In this document: positions 16,638 to 17,406 of the stretch, in pieces
Layout: each line of letters begins with the position of its first letter
Position numbering within the stretch: position 1 is the stretch's first letter
Source of the DNA: Candidatus Sericytochromatia bacterium
GTDB lineage: Bacteria; Cyanobacteriota; Sericytochromatia; S15B-MN24; JAQBPE01
Assembly (NCBI GenBank): GCA_035285125.1
Contig: JAYKHR010000149.1
Coordinates: 1 to 17,406 of the forward strand
Direction: 5' to 3'
DNA: 17,406 nt
The notes under the pieces: generated by a model
Seen by the model: the letters and a program-made list of their open reading frames with translations, nothing else
The model's database searches: none
What the model was told of the DNA's origin: nothing
Position numbers and translations under genes: made by a program

Positions 16638-16696
16638 GTGGTGTGCTCCTCAGGCTCCTCCCGCCCTGCCAGCTTCTCATACCCTGGAACTGGTAC

Positions 16697-17406
16697 TCAA
16701 AGCGGCAGCCGGCCCCCCAGCCAGCCGTTCAGCCGTCGCACCATCCAGTACTCCCAGACGAACAGCACCTGGCCGTGGCCCTTGTCGGCCGCCACCTGCA
16801 GCTGGGCCGCCACCGGCGGCGTGGTGAAGGGGCGCACGTCGAAGCCCGCGAACACGGCCACCCCCGTCCGCACGCGGCGCCGCGCCAGGTCGAGGCTGGA
16901 GGCGTCGATCTCGGTGGCGACCTCCTGGGCGGTGGGCCGGTAGGCCTGCAGCACGACCTCCTCCACCAGGCCCTCGTGGACCCAGGGCAGCCAGTCCTGG
17001 TTGTAGCGCTCCCGCGCATAGCGGGCGCCATGGGGCGTCAGCGTGACGCGCTTGGAGGCGTCCACGGCCTTGATGGTGCGGTGGGCCTCACGCGTCAGGG
17101 CGGTGATGGCGGCGCGGTGGTCGCCGAAGGCCGCGGGCACGCCCCAGTGGTCGTCGAGCTGGATCGTCGAGAGGCCCGGGTAGGCGGCGAGCTCGGCCAG
17201 CATGCCCATCATGGCGCGCCGGACGCCTGGGTGGGCGGGGTCGAGCCACTCGCGCCCCTCGATCACGGTCCGGCCGCCCCGCGTCCGCAGCAGCCAGTCC
17301 GGGTGCTGCCGCGCCAGCGGGGCGCCGGGGTTGAGCATCAGGCCGTACTCGAACCAGGCGCAGGCCCGCAGCCCCTGCCGCCGCGCCTCGTAGACGGCCC
17401 CGCGCA
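16697..17406 (-). CDS. Glycoside hydrolase-like 10 (GHL10/DUF187, YddW/YngK family), 5' part outside window
   Basis: Frame is open to the right edge: EARRQGLRACAWFEYG..., HPDWL, WLDPAHPGVR, IQLDDHW, YNQDWLPWV.EGLVEEVVLQAYR. Confidence 0.88.
   Translation of the reverse strand, partial: RGAVYEARRQGLRACAWFEYGLMLNPGAPLARQHPDWLLRTRGGRTVIEGREWLDPAHPGVRRAMMGMLAELAAYPGLSTIQLDDHWGVPAAFGDHRAAITALTREAHRTIKAVDASKRVTLTPHGARYARERYNQDWLPWVHEGLVEEVVLQAYRPTAQEVATEIDASSLDLARRRVRTGVAVFAGFDVRPFTTPPVAAQLQVAADKGHGQVLFVWEYWMVRRLNGWLGGRLPL

Noticed and set aside
1..17406. Mobile elements, tRNA, rRNA, known defence operons
   Set aside because: No transposase, integrase, phage, tRNA, rRNA or recognisable defence-gene signatures seen.

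Overview
Very GC-rich bacterial window with about 14 credible genes; most other ORFs in the track are GC-driven shadow frames. A short 'LVANNGGSLVGDMGG' motif in a large lipoprotein resembles motifs I associate with Candidatus Sericytochromatia, but this is inference only. Gene order: (-) 3'-truncated membrane/pre-toxin-like protein missing from the ORF track; (-) alpha/beta hydrolase; (-) divergent ADP-ribosylglycohydrolase (SelJ/J1-crystallin-like); (+) NHL/beta-propeller lipoprotein; (-) permuted NlpC/P60 (YiiX/C92) enzyme with a large insertion; a ~600 bp intergenic region with a rod-shaped structured-RNA candidate; (+) a four-gene ATGA-coupled operon of CHASE2-HisKA_3 kinase, NarL regulator, exported FecR protein and small outer-membrane beta-barrel; (-) HEAT-repeat protein; (+) metallophosphoesterase; (+) DUF3445 protein; (-) protein with a C-terminal PARP-like ADP-ribosyltransferase domain; (-) 5'-truncated GHL10 hydrolase. 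Best candidates for novelty are the sigma-less FecR/barrel/CHASE2 trans-envelope signalling operon, the orphan PARP-like ART and the 6S-like RNA. There is also a set of effector-like orphans sharing an N-terminal DAFVRS motif and/or an upstream GGGTA promoter-like element.
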